From: a virus
Lineage: Duplodnaviria > Caudoviricetes
IMG/VR virus record: IMGVR_UViG_3300042464_000672
Coordinates: 1-33,033 of that record
Strand: one strand, 5' to 3'
Length of the DNA: 33,033 nt
The position numbers and the translations under genes are program-made. Below are positions 17,297-25,375 of the stretch, in pieces (positions within the stretch are counted from its first letter, which is position 1; the number at the start of each line of letters is the position of its first letter). Under the pieces are notes generated by a model. That model was not told the origin of the DNA. It was given only the letters and a program-made list of their open reading frames with translations, and searched no databases.

Positions 17297-18450
17297 TCAC
17301 AGTTGCCGACATGATGAGTCACATCGCTGTGCAGATCAACGCCTCTCTGGGTGGATACCTGGAGGGCAAGGTCCGCACGGCAGTATTGTCCGCATGGGCT
17401 CGTCTACTCAGCATGCATGAGTGGGCGTACTTCCATCGTGTCGGCACGTTGATCACGTACGCAGGTCAGTCGACCGGCACAGTTGACTTCAGCACATCAA
17501 CCCGTCTTGTCACGCTCACGGGGGCTACTTGGCCAACCGATGTAACGAACATGCAGGTCCGGCTGGACTTCAATTGGTATCCGATCTATAAACGCACCAG
17601 TTCGACAGTCATCGAGTTGTTCGAAGGGAAGCACCCTGAGGCTGATCTCGACGACCAGGCGTATCTGGTTCAACAGATGACCTACCCACTGCCGTATGAC
17701 GTTAGCGATGTCGTGCAGTTGTTGGAGGGTACTCAGAATATGCAGATGATGCGTCTCAGTTTGCTGGAGGCCCATCAGGTTCAGGAAGGCATGGTGTGGA
17801 GCCCGGCACTGCCGACGTGCTACGCACTTGTGGCAGACAGTGCCAACCCGAATCGATGGAGCCTTTGGCTACCAACTGAGCAGGTAGAAGATACGGTCTT
17901 GCAGTACTTGTATGTTGCCAGGAAGTCACCCAATGCTCTCGTTCGTGAACAACGTGGTACTGTCACTGTGGCGAGCGGAGTCGCCACGTTCACCGATGCG
18001 GTTGTCAGCCCGCTGTGGGAGGGTGCCGTGCTGCGAATCGGTAAATCGGATACCTCCCACCCCACTGGAGAGTTTGGTGATATTCCTGCTAACGATCTGC
18101 TGTATAACCGCGATTGCCATGAGGTGAGGGTGGTCAAACGCCTGACCTCAACGACATGCCAGATCAGTGATACCTCGATCGCAGAGACCGCAGTAGCCTA
18201 CTGTGCCTCGAGCCAGATCGATGTGTGTGATGGGGCGATGACCGTCTTACTTCAACGACTGTGTGAGGATGAGTATGGCTCGAAGATGGTGGGGAATCAT
18301 TCTGAAAGAATGGTTAGTCAGAGCCGGTTGGCTCAAGCCTTCAACGACGCCAAAGCGGCGGATGGCAGGTACGTTCGAAACAAAGGCCTTGCAGCCCAAT
18401 GGTATGGGCTGCGTTTGCGGGATGTCGGCTATGTCGGGACAGGATCTTGA
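17293..18450 (+). CDS. Probable head-tail adaptor protein with inserted beta domains
   Basis: MITVADM..WARL..WAYF..YPLPYD adaptor-like pattern; two GTV-led beta-rich inserts. Confidence 0.6.
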   Translation: MITVADMMSHIAVQINASLGGYLEGKVRTAVLSAWARLLSMHEWAYFHRVGTLITYAGQSTGTVDFSTSTRLVTLTGATWPTDVTNMQVRLDFNWYPIYKRTSSTVIELFEGKHPEADLDDQAYLVQQMTYPLPYDVSDVVQLLEGTQNMQMMRLSLLEAHQVQEGMVWSPALPTCYALVADSANPNRWSLWLPTEQVEDTVLQYLYVARKSPNALVREQRGTVTVASGVATFTDAVVSPLWEGAVLRIGKSDTSHPTGEFGDIPANDLLYNRDCHEVRVVKRLTSTTCQISDTSIAETAVAYCASSQIDVCDGAMTVLLQRLCEDEYGSKMVGNHSERMVSQSRLAQAFNDAKAADGRYVRNKGLAAQWYGLRLRDVGYVGTGS

Positions 18451-18664
18451 GCTAGCGTCAACAGACGACCTGATCAAAGAACTGCTCTGCAGGTTCGATG
18501 CCGCAGTGTTTACCGGCACAAAGCTGATGTCCGAGAAACAAGGATCTAGCGAGGTGTTTTGGAGGGGAGACTTTTTACCCCGCCTCGGTCTGGCCGACTT
18601 TGCGAAGCAGGTCATGTTTCAGGAATACCAACTCATAGAAGACGATTCAGATGGCGAACCCTGA
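18431..18664 (+). CDS. Hypothetical protein
   Basis: DLELASTDDLIKELLCRFD; start chosen to minimise overlap. Confidence 0.55.
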   Translation: MSGQDLELASTDDLIKELLCRFDAAVFTGTKLMSEKQGSSEVFWRGDFLPRLGLADFAKQVMFQEYQLIEDDSDGEP

Positions 18665-19181
18665 CTGGGCAATACTTGACCGCACGTACCGCATCATCCA
18701 AACCGCAGCCGCCAACGGTGAATTCGTGGCGGCACAAGGTGAACGGGTACGATCCGTCATACCTCAGGCAGTTCGTATCTGGAAAGTGCTGGAGGGGAGT
18801 GAGAGGAATAACACGACAGAAGGTCTCCAGAACCTGATCATGCCGGGTATTCTTATCACTCCCCTTCCAGTCGAATCAACCCTTGGTGCCGGGCTCAACT
18901 GTGCGGACGATGAGGTCCACAAAGTAGCCATACAGATAATTGATTCCACTCCTCACCAACATGAAGGTCCGGCAAGGACTTACGCCAACTGGATGAATAT
19001 CATTCGGCTGAAGTTCACCACCGTACCAAACCCCTTCTTGCAGGATGCTGATCCAGAAGAGTATGATCCCTTCGTAGTACATCCGTTAAAGAGATTGCCC
19101 GCAGATGCCCAGAGTCTGGTTCGGCATGAACAGCAAGTCGCAATGTTCACATTCCAGGTAATGGTCCGTCACCACAGATAG
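18651..19181 (+). CDS. Probable tail terminator/completion protein
   Basis: 176-aa alpha/beta protein immediately before the tail tube gene; MPGILITP. Call is positional. Confidence 0.5.
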   Translation: MANPDWAILDRTYRIIQTAAANGEFVAAQGERVRSVIPQAVRIWKVLEGSERNNTTEGLQNLIMPGILITPLPVESTLGAGLNCADDEVHKVAIQIIDSTPHQHEGPARTYANWMNIIRLKFTTVPNPFLQDADPEEYDPFVVHPLKRLPADAQSLVRHEQQVAMFTFQVMVRHHR

Positions 19182-19189
19182 GTTTAGTC

Positions 19190-20053
19190 ATGGCAATCAG
19201 TGTACCAATCAATGCCCGGATGATGATCAACAGCAAGAAGTTTTGCTTTGCGAAATTCCTTGACCAGAGTTCATTCGAGCGTATCCAGAACCCAGATGCT
19301 ATCTGCGGTAACAGGGACCCTCTACTTCAGCGGACTGCAGTAGGTCGGAGGAAGATTCAGTTCACTACCTTCCACGACATCACATACCCCATCCTGGTTG
19401 AACTGCTGCCACTGGCGGGTATGACCAATAGTGCAGGGACGTATACTGCAAACCAAACAGTCAGCACCATCCCAATCATCATCGATAAGGTCGGTGCCGT
19501 TCATGAGTACACGAACTGCCGCATGACCCGCATGATCATTCGAGGTCAGGTGGGCACGATGCCGGTCTCCGCCGAGTGTACCTGGATCGCGGAGGACGAA
19601 CTCGAAGACGCTGCAACTTCTTGGGTGGACGGCACCGTAGACAACCTCTTCGGGTTCCCAGGCACCACATACGAGATCGCCACTGTCGCTTACGGCATCG
19701 ACAGGTTCGCCTTTGTCATCGACAACAAGTTGGTCCAGTCATGGAACTCCAGCTACACTGTCACCGACGTTGGGGCAGGCCCCCGGCAGACGTTGCTCGC
19801 TACTTCCATTCCGTACACAACCGCGAACCACGCGGTGTACTGGGATGCCCGAGACAGTGCCGCCGGGGTCCAGCAGGAGTTGGTGCTCACGAATGGCACC
19901 GACACAATGACGATCAACATTCCGAAAGCAATCCTCAACCCCGAGTCTCCCTCAATCGAAGGGGCACTGGAAGAGATCCGGTTGCCTATGACTTGGGAGG
20001 CTCACCGTCAGTCCGCTACCGAAGCCTTTAACATTGTATTGACTAACGCATGA
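19190..20053 (+). CDS. Tail tube protein
   Basis: 287 aa, Thr-rich and beta-stranded; FVIDNKL and MTINIPKA..PSIEG..IRLPMTWEA are tube-like. Confidence 0.7.
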   Translation: MAISVPINARMMINSKKFCFAKFLDQSSFERIQNPDAICGNRDPLLQRTAVGRRKIQFTTFHDITYPILVELLPLAGMTNSAGTYTANQTVSTIPIIIDKVGAVHEYTNCRMTRMIIRGQVGTMPVSAECTWIAEDELEDAATSWVDGTVDNLFGFPGTTYEIATVAYGIDRFAFVIDNKLVQSWNSSYTVTDVGAGPRQTLLATSIPYTTANHAVYWDARDSAAGVQQELVLTNGTDTMTINIPKAILNPESPSIEGALEEIRLPMTWEAHRQSATEAFNIVLTNA

Positions 20054-20913
20054 TCGACCCAGAACTCGATGATGGATTCACCTTTGATGTGGACGGCAAA
20101 CCTTGCCGTCCACTTCTACATGATGACCCTATCAGGGACCACAAACATCTCAGGATGTTGTTGTTCGACAAATGCTTCTTTCGGCAGCAAGCCACCCCAG
20201 AGATGCTTCAGTGCATCGCGGAGTATGATGTTGCCAAAGAGAAGCAGGACTTTCAAGACCTCAACGACAGTGTTCAGTTGCATGTCTTGTACAACCCTGG
20301 TCTGAGCATGCTCGACTGCCGTGACTGCCAACAGTTCGCAGTTGACCATCTGACTGGTGAAGTACAGTACGGGCCGGACGAAAAGCCGAAGAGGATTCCC
20401 GGCGGGATCAGTGTCCCTTGTGAGACAACACAAGGTTGTTTGAAGCGACACCACAATGATCCGCTAGGTCTGTCTAACCCGAGATGGGCTAAGACTTGGA
20501 ACCATTACTGGACATACAGGAACGTACAAGACCATGCGTTGAAAGACGACCTGATCTTCCAGCGGAATAAACTCCTGCTTGATTGGATAGTAGAGTATGA
20601 TCGAGATCGAAGGTTTGATCCGTTTATTGGCCGAGGCCCCCGCCGAAGACGCCCCGATGACAAGGCCCAAGGAACTGCTGGACCGAGTGTCGATCGAAAG
20701 AGTTGCACAGGAGGGGGTTGTGCAGCCGGGGCCTGCGGTACCGGATGCGAAAGCAAGCCCGCCCCAAGCTGTACCTGGCGTTCAAAGCAAGTTTATGTTT
20801 CCTCAGCCTGCGGTGGGGCCGACAGCGAATCCCCTTCAGCAGATCCGGGCAGCGGGTCAGTCTGCACAGGCTCAGCAGGCTCAACAGACAGTGGGGGCGA
20901 CAGCGGATCCTAA
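20050..20913 (+). CDS. Putative tail assembly chaperone; last ~105 codons overlap the next ORF
   Basis: Follows the tail tube gene (ATGA overlap). IDPELDDGFT and CxxC..PC..C. C-terminus looks like a shadow of ORF 20597. Confidence 0.55.
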   Translation: MIDPELDDGFTFDVDGKPCRPLLHDDPIRDHKHLRMLLFDKCFFRQQATPEMLQCIAEYDVAKEKQDFQDLNDSVQLHVLYNPGLSMLDCRDCQQFAVDHLTGEVQYGPDEKPKRIPGGISVPCETTQGCLKRHHNDPLGLSNPRWAKTWNHYWTYRNVQDHALKDDLIFQRNKLLLDWIVEYDRDRRFDPFIGRGPRRRRPDDKAQGTAGPSVDRKSCTGGGCAAGACGTGCESKPAPSCTWRSKQVYVSSACGGADSESPSADPGSGSVCTGSAGSTDSGGDSGS

Positions 20914-21301
20914 GACCGGCATGCCGAACATGGACGTGAAGGTCAAGGTGATGTCGCCTGAGACGTTCATGGGCCGCGTAGCAACGCCGAAGATCCTGGA
21001 GGCGATTGCCGGGATGCCTGCCGAACGGAAGCAGCGAGAGACGCTCGTAGGAGCCGCTAGCCCCACCCCAAAGACACAGGTCACGATCTCAGTACCACCC
21101 GCATTCCCAATCGATCCAAAAGAGGCTTTCTCTGCCGTCGACGAACAGTTAGAATTACCCCCACGTCAGGACCCGGCAAAGGTCCGAGAGATCCGGGCGA
21201 ACCTGGATGACCTGAAGTTGGAGTCAACTGAAGCCTTTGTCGCACGGTCATACCAAGGCAACGAAGGAGCCTCTTCTGATCTGGACAGGTACTACCTATG
21301 A
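20597..21301 (+). CDS. Hypothetical P/A/Q-rich tail-module protein
   Basis: 234-aa ORF with an ATGA overlap to the next gene; occupies the usual tape-measure position. Confidence 0.65.
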   Translation: MIEIEGLIRLLAEAPAEDAPMTRPKELLDRVSIERVAQEGVVQPGPAVPDAKASPPQAVPGVQSKFMFPQPAVGPTANPLQQIRAAGQSAQAQQAQQTVGATADPKTGMPNMDVKVKVMSPETFMGRVATPKILEAIAGMPAERKQRETLVGAASPTPKTQVTISVPPAFPIDPKEAFSAVDEQLELPPRQDPAKVREIRANLDDLKLESTEAFVARSYQGNEGASSDLDRYYL

Positions 21302-22059
21302 AGTTCAAGTATGGCAGTTACACACATGATCAAGACGAGGTGATGGTCCGCACTTCCGTGCAGGGCATCTTCGATAAGTTCAATCGTCGCATGGGCGATA
21401 TGATTGAGTATACGATCATTGGCGTGAAGCAGGTCGCGGACGACCCCAATCCAGAGGTGACCAAGGCCAACCTAACCTCGGCTCTGCAGGACCTCACTGA
21501 CGCATACAATGTCGACTACATGGATTTTGGGTTGTACCATGACGACGGGACTACCCCTACCCGCCACGTTGTAAGCAACAGCGAGACTTTTGGTGGGACC
21601 AAGGTCGCAGTCCCCCCTTCGTTCATGAACGGCCCTTGGACAGGACGCATTGAGTACCTCAACCGACGCACGTACTTCCTTGTCCTGCGGGCGGAGATCC
21701 GGGTAGGCAGCGGCCTCTACTCCTGGAACGAACGAGTCACGGTCAAGGGCACAGGAGGCCCCCTCTGGAGGTACAGCCCTCAGCAGACGGGAGAACCTCA
21801 GGCCCAGATCCTCCAGACAGCAACATCCTTCTGGTATGTGCAGGAAGGGGAGAACGTGGGGCGGCAGGACTTTGAACCACCCGCGGACCCACTGTACCCA
21901 TCCATTGAACATGGAGAGATGCGGGTATATACCTTCGAGACAGCCAAAGACATAGTCGTTGGAGGTGCGGAGATGTTCGCGACATCCTGGAAGTACTTCA
22001 TGGAAGCTACCACGAGCCAGGGATTCAATGCCTTTATGCTGCCCAGCGTGAACTCATGA
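21298..22059 (+). CDS. Putative tail-tip/baseplate protein
   Basis: 253 aa, beta-rich, starts MKFKYGSYTH; translationally coupled. Call is positional. Confidence 0.55.
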   Translation: MKFKYGSYTHDQDEVMVRTSVQGIFDKFNRRMGDMIEYTIIGVKQVADDPNPEVTKANLTSALQDLTDAYNVDYMDFGLYHDDGTTPTRHVVSNSETFGGTKVAVPPSFMNGPWTGRIEYLNRRTYFLVLRAEIRVGSGLYSWNERVTVKGTGGPLWRYSPQQTGEPQAQILQTATSFWYVQEGENVGRQDFEPPADPLYPSIEHGEMRVYTFETAKDIVVGGAEMFATSWKYFMEATTSQGFNAFMLPSVNS

Positions 22060-23708
22060 CATGGTCAATGCCCAACATCTCATACCCGGTTGAGCTTATC
22101 TACAGCCAAACGCTGGGGTTCCAGCCTGACGTGGCAATGCTACGGTGCAACCCACAGGTTCCTGACCTGCCTGCTGTAGGTACGATCACAATGACGTGGG
22201 AGGCGACCACGATTACGTTGCCCAACTGCGTCGTGGACTTGGGCTCGCTCAAAGTCACACCGGACGGTAAGTTTGTTCAACTCAAAGTGCTCGACCGGCG
22301 AGAGTATTGGAGGCTAGCAGCCCCCATCAGCGGAGAGTACAACCTGATCCGAGCAGGCCAGTTTGTGATGGGCAAGCAGAGGACCTTGAGACAACTCGGG
22401 GCTCTGCTCATGACAGCCTTGGGAGAGGGCGGTGCGGACGTATCGGCCTTGCCCACGACAATTTACCCACCAGTATCCTGGGAGTGCGAGTCAGTCATTG
22501 AGGCGGCACAGACTCTCTTCGAGGAGCATGGATACTCTGTGGCGTTGGGGTTCGGCTCAGACGCAGTCACTGTCGTTAAGCTTGGCACAGGAGCAGCCCT
22601 GTCTTCGACGGGGCAGTTCATCTCCTCAGACACAATCGATGCTAAGACCGTGCCTCGGTACGTACGCAACTGCTTCGCTAACTCAGTCGCTCAAGTGCGA
22701 CTGAAGTTGGAGGCGATAGGGCTCGATACAGACGGGACTTGGAAAGCGATCGACAGCCTGTCGTACAAGCCCGCCGCGGGGTGGGAAGCTATTCCTCCAT
22801 ACTCTTTGCCCGACGCTGTTGATGGACTCACAGAAGAGCAAAAGATCGAAGCGGTTGGCTATGTCCGACGAGCGTACCGGGTCATGGGTTTCGCAGACGA
22901 GACTTGGAATCCACCAGACGGGTCTGGAGCCCTAAGCGGTTTGACAGACATCCTGCCCCTGCAGAATCGGCTGCTTGAGACCGAAGCCATCCGGGCGGAC
23001 GAGTCACGCACTCCCTTTAAAGTATACGGCCAGTACCATCGGTTGGAGGATGAGACCGGTCAGCCACCGATCCCTGGCGGAGCAGACACCGCAATAGGAG
23101 ACCGGGTCACGGGCCGGGCCATGCACTTCGACGGTGAGAACGGCATCATAATCTTCAGCAAGCCTATCTGGCGGATGGTCTCCTCCGAGTACAAAGCCGC
23201 AGACCTTTGGTTGGAGTGTACAATCGGGGCTCGCAACCAGACCAACTTTGCATGGAACCACTACGAGTATGACGTGGAGGTTGTTCCTACCGGCACAGGG
23301 TATCACACGATCAAGCATGAGCAGGCAGCGGAGTCTATCTTCGGGTACAACAGCAGCCACGTTGTTACGTCGACGACCACAAACCAGGCGGCTCTCATCG
23401 CTCTGGGAGATGCGTGGGCTACCGCAGTTGCGGCATCTTATGCAACGACAGCCAGCCAGTTCAAGGTTTATCACGAGCCGGTGTTGACACTCAGGTGCGA
23501 CGGTGCAATACTGCAAGTCAAGCACACTCTCACCGCCGGGAATCTTGGGGCTGCGGTTAACCGCACAGAGGCCGCTCGGCATTTTGAGTTCGACAAGGGC
23601 GTTCCCTCAAGGGCACAGAGGGTCGCACATCTTAGGGCTACATCATCGAAGGTGAGTATCTTGAGGCAGGCCAAGAAACTAGCGAAGAAGGAGTACGCAG
23701 ATGACTGA
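22056..23708 (+). CDS. Putative baseplate hub / tail-tip protein
   Basis: 550 aa; VLDRREYWR..GEYN and LLMTALGE..P.VSWE resemble a hub N-terminus. Call is partly positional. Confidence 0.55.
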   Translation: MTWSMPNISYPVELIYSQTLGFQPDVAMLRCNPQVPDLPAVGTITMTWEATTITLPNCVVDLGSLKVTPDGKFVQLKVLDRREYWRLAAPISGEYNLIRAGQFVMGKQRTLRQLGALLMTALGEGGADVSALPTTIYPPVSWECESVIEAAQTLFEEHGYSVALGFGSDAVTVVKLGTGAALSSTGQFISSDTIDAKTVPRYVRNCFANSVAQVRLKLEAIGLDTDGTWKAIDSLSYKPAAGWEAIPPYSLPDAVDGLTEEQKIEAVGYVRRAYRVMGFADETWNPPDGSGALSGLTDILPLQNRLLETEAIRADESRTPFKVYGQYHRLEDETGQPPIPGGADTAIGDRVTGRAMHFDGENGIIIFSKPIWRMVSSEYKAADLWLECTIGARNQTNFAWNHYEYDVEVVPTGTGYHTIKHEQAAESIFGYNSSHVVTSTTTNQAALIALGDAWATAVAASYATTASQFKVYHEPVLTLRCDGAILQVKHTLTAGNLGAAVNRTEAARHFEFDKGVPSRAQRVAHLRATSSKVSILRQAKKLAKKEYADD

Positions 23709-24681
23709 CCGTACTTCAGGCCCTCACCGAACTACCGCGGCGATGGAAGACACACTGCGGTGGGTCAACGTCTCAGGCGAAACGATCCCTGCGTACGGTG
23801 TCGTGCAACTGCGTACCAACTATGCGACGGGGTACAGTCAAGCCTCAAAACCCAATGACACTGCAGGATTGTTCTTCGCGAATGGAGCGGCAGCGGTAGT
23901 CAGCACCAAGAAGGGTGAGAGCCTTCTGTGGAGCCGTCCCCAACTCGCTAAGGTGGACGGGTCTCCTGCAGTCGGTACACAGGTCGGACCTGTGTCTGGC
24001 TCTTGGGCCATGTCAACAGCGGGCACCGGGTTTTACGTGATGCACCAGCCTGTCGACGGGGTAGCCTCAGTCGTTCAGGTCGGGGGAGGGGCAGGAGGAT
24101 CTGCTGAGTTCGCGTTTGGCGTACTTGGGCAGGACTCAGGCCAAGATGACTGCATCCTTCCCATCTCGCTCTACAGCACTGCAGACCTTGCAACTTTCAC
24201 GGCGGTCATGTGCGGCACATCAAACTGCTCAGGGTCTGGATCCGGGTCAGGGTCCGGAGCAGAACCAGAACCAGAAGGGTCCTGGTTAGGGTCTGGTTCG
24301 GGCAGTGGGTCAGGAGATACGACATTCATCGACATGGAGTTTGACCTGTGTACGGAGATAGGGAGTGTGAATGCCTTGGTCCCTGCCGGGTATAAAGCGG
24401 GGAAGGTCGGCCTCGCGAAATGGTCAGTCTGCAGTTCCGGGTCAGGCAGTGGATCAGGTTCGGGCAGTGGATCAGGAAGTTCTGACTGGACGGGATGGGT
24501 CGTGCTGTTTGGCAAACGGTCTCGATGCGTTGCCGAGATCCCAGCGGAGGTGGAGTGCTGCCCAGTCACTAACGTCATTCAGTTTACAAGATACAACCGC
24601 ATCTGGTTCTTTGGAGGGGCATTGACCGATTGTTTGGATCCTTGTCCAACCTCCGGGAGCGGATCAGGGAGCGGATCGTAA
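23701..24681 (+). CDS. Tail-associated protein with four (Gly-Ser)n tracts
   Basis: NVSGETIPAYGVV near the N-terminus; SG tracts at about 24229, 24289, 24433 and the C-terminus (24652-24678). Confidence 0.75.
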   Translation: MTDRTSGPHRTTAAMEDTLRWVNVSGETIPAYGVVQLRTNYATGYSQASKPNDTAGLFFANGAAAVVSTKKGESLLWSRPQLAKVDGSPAVGTQVGPVSGSWAMSTAGTGFYVMHQPVDGVASVVQVGGGAGGSAEFAFGVLGQDSGQDDCILPISLYSTADLATFTAVMCGTSNCSGSGSGSGSGAEPEPEGSWLGSGSGSGSGDTTFIDMEFDLCTEIGSVNALVPAGYKAGKVGLAKWSVCSSGSGSGSGSGSGSGSSDWTGWVVLFGKRSRCVAEIPAEVECCPVTNVIQFTRYNRIWFFGGALTDCLDPCPTSGSGSGSGS

Positions 24682-25211
24682 TGTCATGCTGTTGTGGAAC
24701 TACATGCTGCACTGAGAGATGTAATCCATACATCAGTGCGTTGCAGCCGGGGACTTGCACAGGTGCTCCCGGTGAAAACCCGATGCCGTCCTCCCTGACC
24801 GTGGAGATCACGACAGACTCTCCATACGGTTGTTGGACAATGTCCACGACTGTGACCTTGATTGAGTACGGTCGGTGGGGACTCGGTCGAGTGACAGGAA
24901 CCTGTACGTTTTGCTGCTACTACGACTCTGGGTTAAGTTGCACTTGGACATTCGACAGTCACGTCATCATCCAATGTTCTGCCGGAGCGGGCTGGCTGTT
25001 GGAGTGGAATTGGGCAGGGTCAGGAGGGCCGCTGAGTGTCCTTCCACCCGCAAACGTAGTCTTGACTCGGGTCAGTTGTGATCCCATTATGCTGACAGGC
25101 ACGATCTGCTGGAATCCAGCGATGGCTTGTATCGCATCGATCATGCCGCCGCTGCCGCCAGTCCTTCACCCCACACTATGTTTTTCCATCCTAGTTTATG
25201 AGACACCGTGA
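24681..25211 (+). CDS. Cysteine-rich protein, probably tail-associated
   Basis: TAATG coupling; starts MSCCCGTTCC; 17 Cys in 176 aa. Confidence 0.7.
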   Translation: MSCCCGTTCCTERCNPYISALQPGTCTGAPGENPMPSSLTVEITTDSPYGCWTMSTTVTLIEYGRWGLGRVTGTCTFCCYYDSGLSCTWTFDSHVIIQCSAGAGWLLEWNWAGSGGPLSVLPPANVVLTRVSCDPIMLTGTICWNPAMACIASIMPPLPPVLHPTLCFSILVYETP

Positions 25212-25375
25212 TGACAGAAGTCATTTGTACGACGCTCGCTTCGATCCTTGTTTCCTGCTGCCTACACGTAGTCATTCACTCAGACATTACCGACATCAAG
25301 GCCCGTGAGGTTGAATACCTCTCAGAGATAGGATTGAACAGCCCAGATGAGAATCCCAGAACAGTGGCAGATTGA
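25211..25375 (+). CDS. 54-aa protein with a hydrophobic N-terminus
   Basis: TGATG coupling; MTEVICTTLASILVSCCLHVVIH...; fills the gap before the glycosyltransferase. Not in the ORF track. Confidence 0.45.
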   Translation: MTEVICTTLASILVSCCLHVVIHSDITDIKAREVEYLSEIGLNSPDENPRTVAD

